From NCBI GenBank assembly GCA_963797555.1, contig CAWCPV010000005.1, positions 128,001 to 192,000 on the forward strand: a stretch of 64,000 nt of DNA, given 5' to 3'. Of the stretch, positions 1 through 10,509 are shown one piece after another; position 1 is the first letter of the stretch, and each line of letters starts with the position of its first letter. The notes below the pieces were generated by a model, which was not told the DNA's origin, made no database searches, and was given only the letters and a program-made list of their open reading frames with translations. Origin of the DNA: an uncultured Gammaproteobacteria bacterium. GTDB lineage: Bacteria > Pseudomonadota > Gammaproteobacteria > CAWCPV01. Position numbers and translations under genes: made by a program.

Positions 1-285
1 GCTTCCCGAGGAGGTCCACGAAGCGCACATAGTCGTTCCGGGTGTCCGAGAACAGGTTGGCGTGTCCCGTATCAAGACACAGCCCGACCCGACCGGCGGC
101 CTGGGGGATGGCGTCCAACAGCTTGAAGACGGCATTCACGTAGTCCGGGGAGGTCTCGGGGGTGTTCTCCAGGCTGAGGCGAAGGTGCGCGGTGCGAGCC
201 GCCTCTAGCAGAGGTACGAGTGACTCCCCGAAGGGGCGGGACACGAACCTTGCTGCGAGAGCTTGGACGACTGCTGCGAAACATC
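1..285 (-). pseudogene. Sugar-phosphate isomerase/epimerase (xylose isomerase-like TIM barrel), 5' part lost, runs off the window edge
   Basis: Manual minus-strand translation gives LRLSLENTPET...VGLCLDTGHANL (LEN and LDTGH metal motifs); upstream is replaced by IS1380-like sequence. Confidence 0.6.
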
Positions 286-732
286 CCTTACGAGTATGGC
301 TACGAGTTCAAGGTGATTATCACCAACAAGCCCCAGCACGCCGCAGAGGTGGTGGCCTTCCACAACGGCCGCGGTGCTCAGGATGGGCTGTTCAAGTCGA
401 CAACCAGCTCGACTATGTGCCCACCCGCACCTGGGTGGGCAGCCAAGTCTATCTGCTCTCGACACTGCTCGCCCACAACCTCAGCCGGGAGCTTCAGATG
501 ATAGCGCGCCCACTACCCCGCCAGGTCTCGCAGAAACGGCCCGCATTGTGGGACTTTGCCCGCCTCAATACGCTGCGCTGCCGGCTCATCCAGCGCGCCG
601 GTCGCCTGATCCGTCCCCAAGGTCGATTGACCCTGTCGTTGAGTGCCAATTCAGCCGTCCAGCACGAGCTGTGGCATTATCTGCAGGCTCTGCAGAAAGC
701 GGCATGATCGGAAAGTTTTTGCAACGATAGGG
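286..732 (+). mobile_element. IS1380-family transposase 3' fragment, frameshifted, with right end
   Basis: FKVIITNK..FHNGRGAQ in one frame, then LLAHNLSRELQM..LNTLRCRLIQRAGRLIRPQG in another; end-like TGCAACGATAGGG at ~720-732. Confidence 0.7.
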
Positions 733-971
733 TTTACCCTTTACCCGTCAGGGATTATCCCAATTGACTGCACACGACCGGGTCACCCACACTCCTCGCC
801 AAGCCCGGTGCCCGCCCACCGGATTTCCGATCCTTCGACTCCGGCTGTAGCCGAATCTGAAGCCGTGGAGCACTCTCGTCACTGTATCTAATTGTTCCCG
901 AGGCTCGACCCAAAAGAGGCTGGGGCTTGGATTTCCAGGTTCCGGTAGGTTCCCAAAAGTAGGAAGATGCC

Positions 972-1520
972 ATGAGGCGATCTGGATTGCTGGTAGTGGT
1001 CGTGACCCTCGCGTTGACCCTGCTGGGCGCGCTCCGTGTGGCGCACGCGCTCACAACCATCAGTTTTGACCTCGTGCCACGGAACGCCACGTGCCTGCCG
1101 GATGCGACGGGGCAGGTGATCGTGCTCCATAAGGAGGATCCGCTGGGCGTCGATACCTTGCATTTGGATGCCAGAGGTCTGCCGGCCGACACGGACTTTG
1201 CGGTCTTTCTGACCTCGGCCGACGCCTTTGCGACGCCGCCCTTCGGCGCGGTGGCCTATATCGGGGACTTCAGCACCAATGCAGCGGGTATCGGGTCGCT
1301 CAAGGTCGATGCAATCATCGCCGAGGCGTTCGTCAGTACCGTGGGTACCACCCGGCTCCGAGAGGACCTGGACCACCTGGTCTTCTGGTTCGCCGATCCG
1401 GCACAAGTTCCAGCATGCTTCAACTTTGTGGGCTCTACCCCCTTTGATGGGGATGGGCAGGCCGGGCCGGCGGCGATGTCCTCGCAGGGGGCGACAGGGC
1501 TTGAGCAGTTCCCGGAATAG
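972..1520 (+). CDS. Secreted hypothetical protein
   Basis: 182-aa ORF, AGGA RBS, signal peptide ending VAHA, two Cys. Confidence 0.75.
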   Translation: MRRSGLLVVVVTLALTLLGALRVAHALTTISFDLVPRNATCLPDATGQVIVLHKEDPLGVDTLHLDARGLPADTDFAVFLTSADAFATPPFGAVAYIGDFSTNAAGIGSLKVDAIIAEAFVSTVGTTRLREDLDHLVFWFADPAQVPACFNFVGSTPFDGDGQAGPAAMSSQGATGLEQFPE

Positions 1521-1628
1521 GCCCAATCCTAATACCGATTCGGTGAAAGCACAGAGGCCGCGAAGAGGATGGGCGGCTCAGGCGTGCCAGCCCCACAACC
1601 CGCGCACAGGGCGCGAAAGGAGAAGTAT

Positions 1629-2325
1629 ATGAATCTGGAATGCACTGTCGAATCAGACCACGCGTCGCATCCTGCCCATCGTGTGCTCCACTGCTCTCGC
1701 CGTGTCGTTCACGGTCTCGCTGCCGCAGCCGGCCCACGCCAAACAGGTCACGCCGCCACCCGTGCCCGACAACATTGAGGTGCCAGCGGGGAACACGGCG
1801 TTCCTCGTGGGTCACGCCACGGGCACCCAGAACTACGTCTGCCTGCCGTGCCCAAACCCGACCTGTCCCGACGCCTCCGCCGGCTCCGCCTACGTACTCT
1901 TCACGCCCGAGGCCACGCTGTTCGACGACCATGGTAAGCAAATCATCACCCACTTCTTCAGCCCCAACCTCGCCCCGACCGACCCGGATGAGATTAAGGG
2001 CACGATTCGCGCCACGTGGCAGGACTCGGACACGAGCACCGTCTGGGCCAAGGCGACCGCCTCCGCCACCCACGGCTCCGACCCCGGGTTCGTCGCGGAG
2101 GGTGCCGTCGCCTGGCTCAAGCTTATGGTGGTTGGTGCCCAGGACGGACCGAGGGGTGGCGACACGCTCTCGGACACCACCTTCATCCAGCGGGTGAACA
2201 CCACTGGGGGGCTAGCACCGACGGAGGCACCGGCGGACTGTACCTCGCTAACAGACGTTGGGAAGGAGGCGTTCGTGCCTTACACGGCCGACTACTTCTT
2301 CTACTCGGGCGATGACGCCAACTAG
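1629..2325 (+). CDS. DUF3455-family secreted protein (probable frameshift near 1650)
   Basis: FLVGHATGTQNYVC, WLKL, TTFIQRVNTTGGLAP, VPYTADYFFY; AAGGAG RBS before ATG 1629, which is out of frame with the 1681-2325 ORF. Confidence 0.75.
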
Positions 2326-2868
2326 GATCTTTGCACAAGGGCCGTGGAAGAACTGGACGGCACAACCGTCCGGTTCTTCTTGTCACGTAAAGCGTGATAT
2401 TGCCTGTGCACATCTACTTGAGCGACGGCCTGCAACACGTCCAGGGCTTGCCGCTGACGCCATCGCCGCGTCTCAACTCTCCTGTCGGGGATCACTGTCA
2501 GAGGCGAGACGGAGCAGGCTCCTCCCTCCCATGAGGTTCGGCCCTCGCGACGGCTCACGGAAGTGCTACTGCACCCAGGCACTATGGTCGGGGGCTAGCG
2601 TGCCCGCCAACTCCACGCTCGCAGCGAACGTCCCGTCAAGAGGGCGCTGCGGGATTGAAGGCTCGTTTACATGGCTTAGCGAAATACTTACGGCAAATTA
2701 ACCGCAAGCTTATGACTTCCCTGCGGTGCCAGCGAGATGATTTATGCGAAGCCCAACGGTCAGATGCCGACGAGGTCCACGGCGACTGACGGTGTCTAAT
2801 CGGACAGCAACGCCTGGGCGAGCCCCGCCTCGCCGCCCGTTCCGCCACTTCGAATGGAGGATTCACCG

Positions 2869-4395
2869 ATGAAGACCTCGCACTTAGCGACCACATTAGT
2901 CACCTTCACCACCTGCTTCCTGACGCTGCCAAACCCAGCGGTCGCCCAGAGCAAAGGCCTGGGCGACGTGGCCTCCAGGCTTGCAGCGGAGATCACCCCA
3001 CCACCCCCGTGCCACCCGAACCCCAGCGCGGTGCCCGACATCGTGAGCGTCCTCACCCGAGGAGACATTCGCAACCTGCCAGACGCGCTGACCGACCGCC
3101 TCGCCATTCTCGCAGGCCGGCCTCACAGCCAGCTACCCACACAGGCATACGCCGAAGCCCATTCTGACAAAGCACCCTTCAAACCCAAGCCGAGTGAGCT
3201 CTTCCAGTATTACTTGCTCGATACGAACGGCTTCGAACCCAATCCGTTCACGAGCCTGATACCGGAAGTCAACGACACCGCCATGCTCACCGCCACGGGC
3301 CCCGACTGTGGCCTACCCACCCTCGGCACAGTACGCGTGGTTCTGGAGCCCAAACCTGGCCTGCCGACCGACCCCAACGACGTCCGCGCGTTCATCGACG
3401 TCTTCACCGACATCTCTGGGCTCTTCGTCATCAACAACGAGAGCGGCTGGTACGAAGGGTGGATGATCCATGACCTGAGGGTTGCCCCAGTGAACGACAC
3501 GACGCGCCCCGACGGCCATGCGCAATTCGGCGCTATCCTGCAGGCTGACGCCGACGCGCTGAAGGCGATGGGCAGCGGCAACAACGTGCCACGCCACATC
3601 TTCACGACGGATGGCAAACCGGTGCACTTCCCCAGCCCGACAGACCGCTTTCCGGACCTCCAGACCAACGTCGTCCCGATCCAGCTTAGCATGGGCGCCT
3701 GGAACACGCTGCAGCAGAGTGACGGCCACGCTTACTGGGAGTTCAACTACACCACCGACTGGGTCCACCCCCTGTATGAACTGCCCTTCACCGGCGGTAT
3801 TCCCGGCACCTTCGAGAAGGGTCAGGTCGGCGCACTCTCGTCTCTCGTTCCCGGCTCGGGCCCCTCGGGCGTCAAGAACGATCCGCTCGAGTACGGCGAC
3901 AATCCCAACACTGTCGGCGTGCTACAGGCGTCCGGCCCGCGTGACCCGGATAAGTTCGATGCGGACGATGATTCGCAGCGCGAGTTCCGTCAGCGATTCA
4001 TCCCCAGCGGCCTGGCCAATGAGATCTTTCTGGACGTTTACGAAAGGCCGGCCTCCTTCCAGCCAGGTGTCACCGATTTCAGTCAACGTCTGTTCGACGC
4101 CTACGCCGCGGAGGTGGCAAGGGTTGACACCGGCGAGGGGTTTGACAACGGCAATGGCGTCATATCCGCCGCTGAAGGCGACGTGGACACTGCTTCGGAC
4201 GGATTCCCAGACAACAAACGGCTCTTCATTCCGGCCACGCAGTTCAATCGCTTCGCAGTCACGCGGGAGATTAACGACGGGTTGCTGGCACCCCGGTTTG
4301 CCCCCAGCCAGAAGGCTTGGGTACTGTCGGGAACGCTGGTACCCGTGAGTCCGTCCGTGCCTGCCTCGGAGGGCGAGGACGGCGACGATCGTTAA
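2869..4395 (+). CDS. Large secreted hypothetical protein with an EF-hand-like loop
   Basis: GGAGG RBS, signal peptide ending AVA, strong GC3 bias, DNGNGVISAAE motif. Confidence 0.8.
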   Translation: MKTSHLATTLVTFTTCFLTLPNPAVAQSKGLGDVASRLAAEITPPPPCHPNPSAVPDIVSVLTRGDIRNLPDALTDRLAILAGRPHSQLPTQAYAEAHSDKAPFKPKPSELFQYYLLDTNGFEPNPFTSLIPEVNDTAMLTATGPDCGLPTLGTVRVVLEPKPGLPTDPNDVRAFIDVFTDISGLFVINNESGWYEGWMIHDLRVAPVNDTTRPDGHAQFGAILQADADALKAMGSGNNVPRHIFTTDGKPVHFPSPTDRFPDLQTNVVPIQLSMGAWNTLQQSDGHAYWEFNYTTDWVHPLYELPFTGGIPGTFEKGQVGALSSLVPGSGPSGVKNDPLEYGDNPNTVGVLQASGPRDPDKFDADDDSQREFRQRFIPSGLANEIFLDVYERPASFQPGVTDFSQRLFDAYAAEVARVDTGEGFDNGNGVISAAEGDVDTASDGFPDNKRLFIPATQFNRFAVTREINDGLLAPRFAPSQKAWVLSGTLVPVSPSVPASEGEDGDDR

Positions 4396-4519
4396 GATTG
4401 GACGCTCGGGAGGAACCGGAGGGCCGGTTTTGAGCGCGCTCGGGGCCGCCCCATCAGGCTTCACTGAGATGGATGGGTGGCTGCGCGGGGTAACGCGCAG
4501 CCACCGGTGGGTAACGGAT

Positions 4520-4716
4520 CCTCTGACCGGAAGACCGCACTTCGGGGGATGAAGGACCTTGCGGCCTCTTACGGCTTCACCGTCGAAGGGGTTCTGGAGA
4601 CGCCAAGCTCAAGAGGAGACGCCGCGGCACCGGCCGAGGTGAAATACTGTAACCCGGACAACCCCGATCAGACGTGGGCCGGTCGAAGCAGGAAGCCGCG
4701 TTGCTCGTGGAGTTAC
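4520..4716 (+). pseudogene. H-NS family DNA-binding protein remnant cut by IS630
   Basis: KYCNPDNPDQTWAGRSRKPR matches the H-NS C-terminal KY..P...TWxGRGRxP motif; frameshift, then IS630 junction. Confidence 0.65.
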
Positions 4717-5801
4717 TAGTGTAGTGCTTCATTCTGTTTAGAACTTAAACGTGCGTTGGCGCGGATGACCTTCTGCAGGATGTCCTTAGCCTTGGCGGTC
4801 CAGATGAAGGGTTTGGGATTGGCGTTGTGGGCATCGACATAGCGGTTGATGGCAGGGATCAACTCGGGGACGCTTCGAAACACGCCACGGCGCAACCGAT
4901 CCACAGTCAGGTCGCGGAAGAATCGCTCGACCATGTTCAACCAGGATGCTGAGGTGGGCGTGAAATGGATGTGGAAACGCGGGTGTTTTCCCAGCCATTT
5001 CTGAACGTTGGGATGTTTGTGGGTGGCGTAGTTGTCGCAGACCAAGTGCAGTTCCTTGTCCTTGGGCGTCTCGCGGTCGATTTGGCGCAGGAAGGTGAGC
5101 CACTCCGTGTGGCGATGGTGCGGCTCGCAGCGGGCAATCACGGAACCCTCCAAGGTGTTCAGGGCAGCAAACAGTGTCGTGGTGCCATGGCGCTTGTAGT
5201 CATGGGTCATGGTCGCAGCCCGCCCCTTCTTCAGCGGCAGGCCAGGTTGGGTACGATCCAGCGCCTGAACCTGACTCTTCTCGTCGCAGCACAACACCAA
5301 AGCATGCTCCGGGGGGGACAGATACAGCCCGACGATGTCCTCCAACTTCTCGGTGAATTTCGGGTCGCGCGATACCTTGAAGGATTCGACACGATGCGGC
5401 TTCAGCCCATGGGCATGCCACACGCGCAGCACCGTGGTGTCGCTCACTCCCATTTCCTTAGCCAGGGTCCGCGTACTCCACTGTGTCGCTGCTAAGGGCT
5501 GGGTCTGAGTCGTGCGTCGCACGATCTCGGCGGCATCCACCTTGGGCTGACGACCTCCGCGCGGCAGGTCACACTCGATGGCCGCCAGCCCGCCTTGCGC
5601 ATAGCGCTCCCGCCAACGCCCAACCTGCACACGCCCAATCTTGAGTTCCGCCGCGATGGCCTTGTTCTCCATGCCCACCGCCGCCAACAGCACAATGCGC
5701 GCTCGGCGGGCCAGCCTCACACTCGTGGTGTTCGAACGCGACACACGCCTCAGGCTCCGCTGTTCTTCCGCGCTCAGTCGGACCATCGGGGCTACTCGCA
5801 T
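4716..5801 (-). CDS. IS630-family transposase
   Basis: HTH N-terminus; DDE motifs CCDEKSQVQAL, DNYATHK, SWLNMVERFF. Confidence 0.95.
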   Translation of the reverse strand: MRVAPMVRLSAEEQRSLRRVSRSNTTSVRLARRARIVLLAAVGMENKAIAAELKIGRVQVGRWRERYAQGGLAAIECDLPRGGRQPKVDAAEIVRRTTQTQPLAATQWSTRTLAKEMGVSDTTVLRVWHAHGLKPHRVESFKVSRDPKFTEKLEDIVGLYLSPPEHALVLCCDEKSQVQALDRTQPGLPLKKGRAATMTHDYKRHGTTTLFAALNTLEGSVIARCEPHHRHTEWLTFLRQIDRETPKDKELHLVCDNYATHKHPNVQKWLGKHPRFHIHFTPTSASWLNMVERFFRDLTVDRLRRGVFRSVPELIPAINRYVDAHNANPKPFIWTAKAKDILQKVIRANARLSSKQNEALH

Positions 5802-5881
5802 CAGTGCTCTCCTGTCTTGGCTTCATAGCCCTGGACAGCGATAGATCATATATGTTCCGTTAATTACCAAGCACTACACTA
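4717..5881 (-). mobile_element. IS630-family insertion sequence, apparently complete
   Basis: Terminal inverted repeats CTAGTGTAGTGCTT (4716) and AAGCACTACACTAG (to 5882); TA target within CTAG at both ends. Confidence 0.92.
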
Positions 5882-5997
5882 GCGCCGTGTGCGCTTGCCA
5901 AGTCCCTTGCTTTAGCGCTCCTTACGATGGTAGCCTTCCCTCCATTCCAACCCTGAATGCGATTGGATTTCCTATCCTCCCGTCAAAGAGGATATAC

Positions 5998-6573
5998 GTG
6001 AGCGAGAGGCTCAGTCCGAAGTATCCCAGCGGTGCGCATCCGGTTTGGCTGGCCCTTCCGCTGGTGGTTTTCGCTCTTATCGCTGTCACCGTCGGCCTTG
6101 TGGCCGGCCGGACGGTTCGCGAGCCCTATGCAACCCCCTTCTTTCATCCCTTCTTCGCAGACATCCTGCAGATGAAGACGTGGCTGGTGACGGCAGCCCT
6201 GATGCTGGCCTGTGGTCAGTTACTGACGGCCGCACGTATCTACGAGCTGCTACGCTTTCCGCCCAAGGGGCGCTTCTATCACAGTGTCCATCGCTGGTCA
6301 GGACGGGCGGCAATCCTCCTGACGTTGCCGGTGGCCTACCACTGCATTTTCCTGCTTGGATTCGGCTCCGACAGCCCGCGCATCTTGATTCACTCGCTGC
6401 TCGGGTCGGCCCTCTACGGCGCCGTCGTCGTCAAGGTGCTCATGGTTCGATCGAGCAGGTTTGCGACCTGGGTGCTCCCCGGGGCTGGAGGTCTCCTGTT
6501 CTCGATCCTTCTGGGGCTGTGGCTGACTTCTGCGCTATTTTTTTTCCCCTTGCTCTCCCTGCTACATGAGTGA
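5998..6573 (+). CDS. DUF6529-like membrane protein (His-containing, cytochrome b561-like)
   Basis: Several TM segments; HRWSGR, VAYHC, HSLLG; GTG start inferred. Confidence 0.65.
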   Translation: MSERLSPKYPSGAHPVWLALPLVVFALIAVTVGLVAGRTVREPYATPFFHPFFADILQMKTWLVTAALMLACGQLLTAARIYELLRFPPKGRFYHSVHRWSGRAAILLTLPVAYHCIFLLGFGSDSPRILIHSLLGSALYGAVVVKVLMVRSSRFATWVLPGAGGLLFSILLGLWLTSALFFFPLLSLLHE

Positions 6574-6823
6574 TCGGTGCCTGAGGCGGAACTGTGGATG
6601 CTTCATAGCGGGATTCTATTGGTGGCGGCAATCGTCTTGGCCGTGGCTATTCTTAGTTCTCAGGCGGTTTACGCGCCCTCGTTGGATATGCAGTTGGTCG
6701 GTTCCGCAAAGCGCAACGCAGCCACGCAAGCTTATACCTTCAAAGGAGGAGGGATCCTCGTTCGCCCCTCAGTCCTATCCGGAAGCTCTTCTGCCCAGGA
6801 TTCAAAGGTTTTTTCGTAACGGG

Positions 6824-6884
6824 GGAATAAATAAACTCCCGACGTCGCCCGTTTATAGCATGACATTGCTTGATGTCACATGCT
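6824..6884 (+). promoter_or_regulatory. Possible ECF-sigma promoter and palindromic operator
   Basis: GGAATAAA...CGTT resembles ECF26-type elements; imperfect palindrome AGCATGACAT-N6-ATGTCACATGCT at 6857-6884. Confidence 0.35.
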
Positions 6885-6900
6885 GCGGAGGCTAACCGAC

Positions 6901-7884
6901 ATGACACACGATCCCCATTCCCACACTGAGGCAGTCCGCGATTCCATGGAGCTACCCGAGCTCAGCCGCCGGTCATTTCTCAAATGTTCCGCTTGGGCCG
7001 GAACCGGCGTCGTATGGGCGCTGGTGGGCGGCATTCCACGTGCGTTTGCGCTGGATGACACCACCCGCCGGCCTAGCAAGGCGCTGCTGGCCAGCGATTT
7101 TCACTTCGTTCAGATCAGCGACAGCCATATCGGCTTCAACAAGGAACCCAACCCAGACCCGCTCAAAACGCTGGGTGAGGCAATCGACAGGGTCAAGGCC
7201 CTGCCGCGCACGCCATCGCTCATACTGCACACCGGCGACATCACGCACCTGTCGAAACCGCAAGAATTCGACACCGCTGCGCACGTCCTGAAAGAATTGC
7301 CTGCACCCGTGCACTACGTGCCGGGCGAGCATGACACCCTGGATGAAGGCGGCGGCAAGCTCTACCTCGAGCGCTATGGGAAAGGCACGCAGGGCAATGG
7401 CTGGTACAGCTTCGACGATCACGGCGTCCATTTCGTCGCGTTGGTGAACGTGTTTGATTTTCGGCCGGGCCATGAGGCAACCCTAGGCGCCGCTCAATTG
7501 AAGTGGTTGTCCGATGACTTGAGGGGGGTCAGCACCAGCACGCCCATCGTGGTGTTTACGCACATTCCCCTGTGGACGATCTATGCGCCCTGGGGCTGGG
7601 GCACTGAGGATGGCGACCGCGCCCTGGCGCTGCTTCGGCGATTCGGCTCCGTGACGGTATTGCACGGCCATATCCACCAGGTGATCCAGAAGGTGGAAGG
7701 CAACATCACGTTTCATACGGCCCGTGGAACCGCCTATCCGCTACCGGCACCGGGCGCTGCGGCTGGGCTGCCTAACCCGCTAAAGGTCCCTGCGGACCAA
7801 CTGCGCAGCTATCTGGGCATCACCAACGTCAAGGCTACCCAAGGCGACCATCCCTTGGCGTTGATCGATTCCACACTTAGCTAG
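6901..7884 (+). CDS. Tat-exported calcineurin-like metallophosphoesterase (Icc/CpdA-like)
   Basis: SRRSFLK twin-arginine signal; SDSH, TGD, PGEHD, HGHIH. Confidence 0.9.
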   Translation: MTHDPHSHTEAVRDSMELPELSRRSFLKCSAWAGTGVVWALVGGIPRAFALDDTTRRPSKALLASDFHFVQISDSHIGFNKEPNPDPLKTLGEAIDRVKALPRTPSLILHTGDITHLSKPQEFDTAAHVLKELPAPVHYVPGEHDTLDEGGGKLYLERYGKGTQGNGWYSFDDHGVHFVALVNVFDFRPGHEATLGAAQLKWLSDDLRGVSTSTPIVVFTHIPLWTIYAPWGWGTEDGDRALALLRRFGSVTVLHGHIHQVIQKVEGNITFHTARGTAYPLPAPGAAAGLPNPLKVPADQLRSYLGITNVKATQGDHPLALIDSTLS

Positions 7885-7900
7885 CGACACGGAGCACACC

Positions 7901-8221
7901 ATGAGACCGCTGTTAGGCGTTGTGGCGCTGAGCGTCCTGTTGGGGGCACCCGCAGCGCCGGCACAGGAGGCGAACGTCAGTATCAAGGAGTATGCCTACG
8001 GCCCTGCACAATTGACCGTTGCCGCCGGCACCAAGGTGACCTGGACGAACCACGACCAGGTGCCGCACACGGTCGTGGAAGAAGGTAAGAAATTCCGTTC
8101 CGCTGCTCTGGACACCAACGACAGTTACTCCTTTGTCCTCACGCAGCCCGGAACATACCGCTATTTCTGCTCGCTGCACCCGAAGATGGTGGGCACGATC
8201 ACGGTTGTGAAGGAGAAGTGA
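7901..8221 (+). CDS. Amicyanin/plastocyanin-like cupredoxin
   Basis: Signal peptide; PHTV and YFCSLHPKM type-1 copper ligands. Confidence 0.9.
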   Translation: MRPLLGVVALSVLLGAPAAPAQEANVSIKEYAYGPAQLTVAAGTKVTWTNHDQVPHTVVEEGKKFRSAALDTNDSYSFVLTQPGTYRYFCSLHPKMVGTITVVKEK

Positions 8222-8792
8222 CCCGAGGCATTTCAGTGTAAGTCTGCATCGAGCGCCGGAGTTTTGGGGACAACGGAGCGCTGGTGCATGAATAGGGGCA
8301 ACGACAGACTTCTGGCGGGGAGAGAATGTACATGGAAGCGGCTAGTTCCATCGAGTCCAGGCAGTGCCCTGGCCCTGGCCACTCGTGCGTCGGGGTCTCT
8401 CAAATCGGGGGTGGAAGGTTACGCTTTCAACAACTCGGCGCATATCCTGGCCGAGCAGGGTTGTTTTGCTCAGGCGCGTTGCGCCGCCCGGGGCGGTCGC
8501 GATCGGCGGGCCCTCGAAGGCCGAAGTGCAGCGCATACTCAAGGACATCGCCCGGATGCGGCGGCGCCATAAGGGGCACAATCCTGTCGGGGCCCCAGCA
8601 AACCCCCGCCTCCCTACCCCGCAGTTTCCGAACCGCGGAGCATTCCGCCGAGGAATGCAGGGCAGGGGGGATATGGCAAGCCGAGCAGGGTTCTCCTCTT
8701 TCGTCGGAGGTCGTCGTCAGGCGAGGCTCCGATGTCATGTCCGAATCCGGCCGTTGACCGAGGCTCGGCCGAACAAGAGACCTGCGCCCGTC

Positions 8793-9905
8793 TCAACGCC
8801 CTGCCCCCATGGCCAGCGCACGACGGCGCTCCTCCCCCAGCTCGGCAGCCCGCCCTTCGGCGTCCCACTGCTGGCTTGCCTCCGGCCAACCCAGACTGTG
8901 CCGGAGGGCGAGGTCGGCCAGGAACTCGATGTGCTCGTCCCCGTCGTTCAGGGCCGGGACATACGTGTACTTCTCGCCTCCGGCGGCGAGGAACACCTCG
9001 CGGTTGAGCTGCGCGATCTCCTCCAGCGTCTCCAGGCAGTCGGCGGAAAAGCCCGGGCAGATGACGTCGACGCTGCGCACCCCACCCTGCGCCCAGTCGC
9101 GCAGCGTGTGGTCCGTGTAGGGAGTAAGCCATTCTTGCGGCCCGAACCGCGACTGGAAAGCGACGGCCCAGTCCCCGTCCTGCAGCCGCAGCTCCTCGGC
9201 CACCAGCCGCGCGGTCTTTTGGCACTGGCAGTGGTAAGGGTCGCCAGAGAGGAAGTAGCGCTTGGGGATGCCGTGGAACGAGAACAAGAGGCGCTGCGAG
9301 CGGCCGTTAGCCTCCCAGCTCGCGGTGACGGAGCGAGCGAGCGCTCGCGTGTAGCCCGGCTCATCGTGGTAGTGTGCGATGAAGCGTACGTCCGGCAGCC
9401 ATCGCCATGCCTTGAGGTGGTCCGCCAGGGCGTCGAAGGTGGACGCCGTGGTGGTCGCCGAGTACTGCGGATAGAGGGGCAGCACCAGAAGTCGCCGCGC
9501 GTTGGCGCGCCGCAACTCCTCCAGGGCCGAGCCGATGGACGGCTGCCCGTAGCGCATCCCCAGCCCAACTTGCACGGGTCCGGCAAATTTTTTCCGAAGC
9601 ACCCTCTGCAGGGCGTGCGCCTGGCGTTCGGACATGCGCGCCAACGGTGAGCCGTCCTGCTGCCAGACTTTCTCGTACAGGCGTGCCGAGCGACGCGGGC
9701 GCACACGCAGAATCACGGCGTGAAGGGCTAGCCACCAGACGGCCCGAGGGGTCTCCACCACGCGCCGGTCCGAGAGGAACTCGGCCAAGTACCGCCGCAC
9801 CGCCCGCGAGGTCGGGGCGTCGGGGGTGCCGAGGTTGGTGACCAGAACCCCGACGCAGGGTTGGGTACCGTGAGCGTAGCTCGAGTCGCCGACGAACCGG
9901 GACAT
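8793..9905 (-). CDS. hemH: Ferrochelatase
   Basis: NLGTPDAP, PLYPQYS, FSFHGIP, FQSRFG, WLTPYT, GFSADCLETLEEI. Confidence 0.97.
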   Translation of the reverse strand: MSRFVGDSSYAHGTQPCVGVLVTNLGTPDAPTSRAVRRYLAEFLSDRRVVETPRAVWWLALHAVILRVRPRRSARLYEKVWQQDGSPLARMSERQAHALQRVLRKKFAGPVQVGLGMRYGQPSIGSALEELRRANARRLLVLPLYPQYSATTTASTFDALADHLKAWRWLPDVRFIAHYHDEPGYTRALARSVTASWEANGRSQRLLFSFHGIPKRYFLSGDPYHCQCQKTARLVAEELRLQDGDWAVAFQSRFGPQEWLTPYTDHTLRDWAQGGVRSVDVICPGFSADCLETLEEIAQLNREVFLAAGGEKYTYVPALNDGDEHIEFLADLALRHSLGWPEASQQWDAEGRAAELGEERRRALAMGAGR

Positions 9906-10219
9906 GGCGAGATCTCGGGGTAAGGACGTTCCAGTATAGCGGTCACCGCCCGCTGCGTCAGGGGAGAGGAATCCGGGTCCAGGTCGGCCCACGACCCGTC
10001 TGAAGATAGAAGGTGCTTGGGAGGAAACCGCTGAGAAGGCTTTGAGGAAGAAGCACCCTCAAAGTGGAGGACGGACGCCCGGGAGAGACGACCCAACTGC
10101 CATTTCAGAACCTCGCGGGGACAAGAGCAATGCGTGCTGCTGTATTCCCGTTTCTAGATTCCGTTATCCGCTTGACTCCCTGTACGAGGCTCGGCTTTAG
10201 AAGGCAGCCCGGCAGCCCA

Positions 10220-10302
10220 CGCGCACACCCAGATGTCCACCCGCTCGGCTCCGGCGGCTTGGACTGCCCTGGCGAGTGCCTCCACCGTGTGACCGGTGGT
10301 CA
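10220..10302. repeat. 83-bp direct repeat, copy A (duplicated comF 3' end)
   Basis: Identical to 13056-13138 except one base. Confidence 0.95.
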
Positions 10303-10509
10303 CCGGACCGAACACACGTTAACATCCTGCCCTTCGCGCTGTCAGGCGCCCTGTACTACAGTCAAAAGAACGGGTTACAGCCGGTCAGCCCCTCGGCAGC
10401 GACTGACAGCGCGGCCGGGACTGCACTACCGGGACGTGCTGCCGGCCCCTGACAGGCGTTTTTAAGGGAGTGAACACCCGTCCAAGCGTACATGGGTAGC
10501 GGCCCTCTG

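Noticed and set aside
6577-6819. 80-aa ORF with a hydrophobic N-terminus
   Set aside because: Weak codon bias, no clear RBS and no recognisable motif
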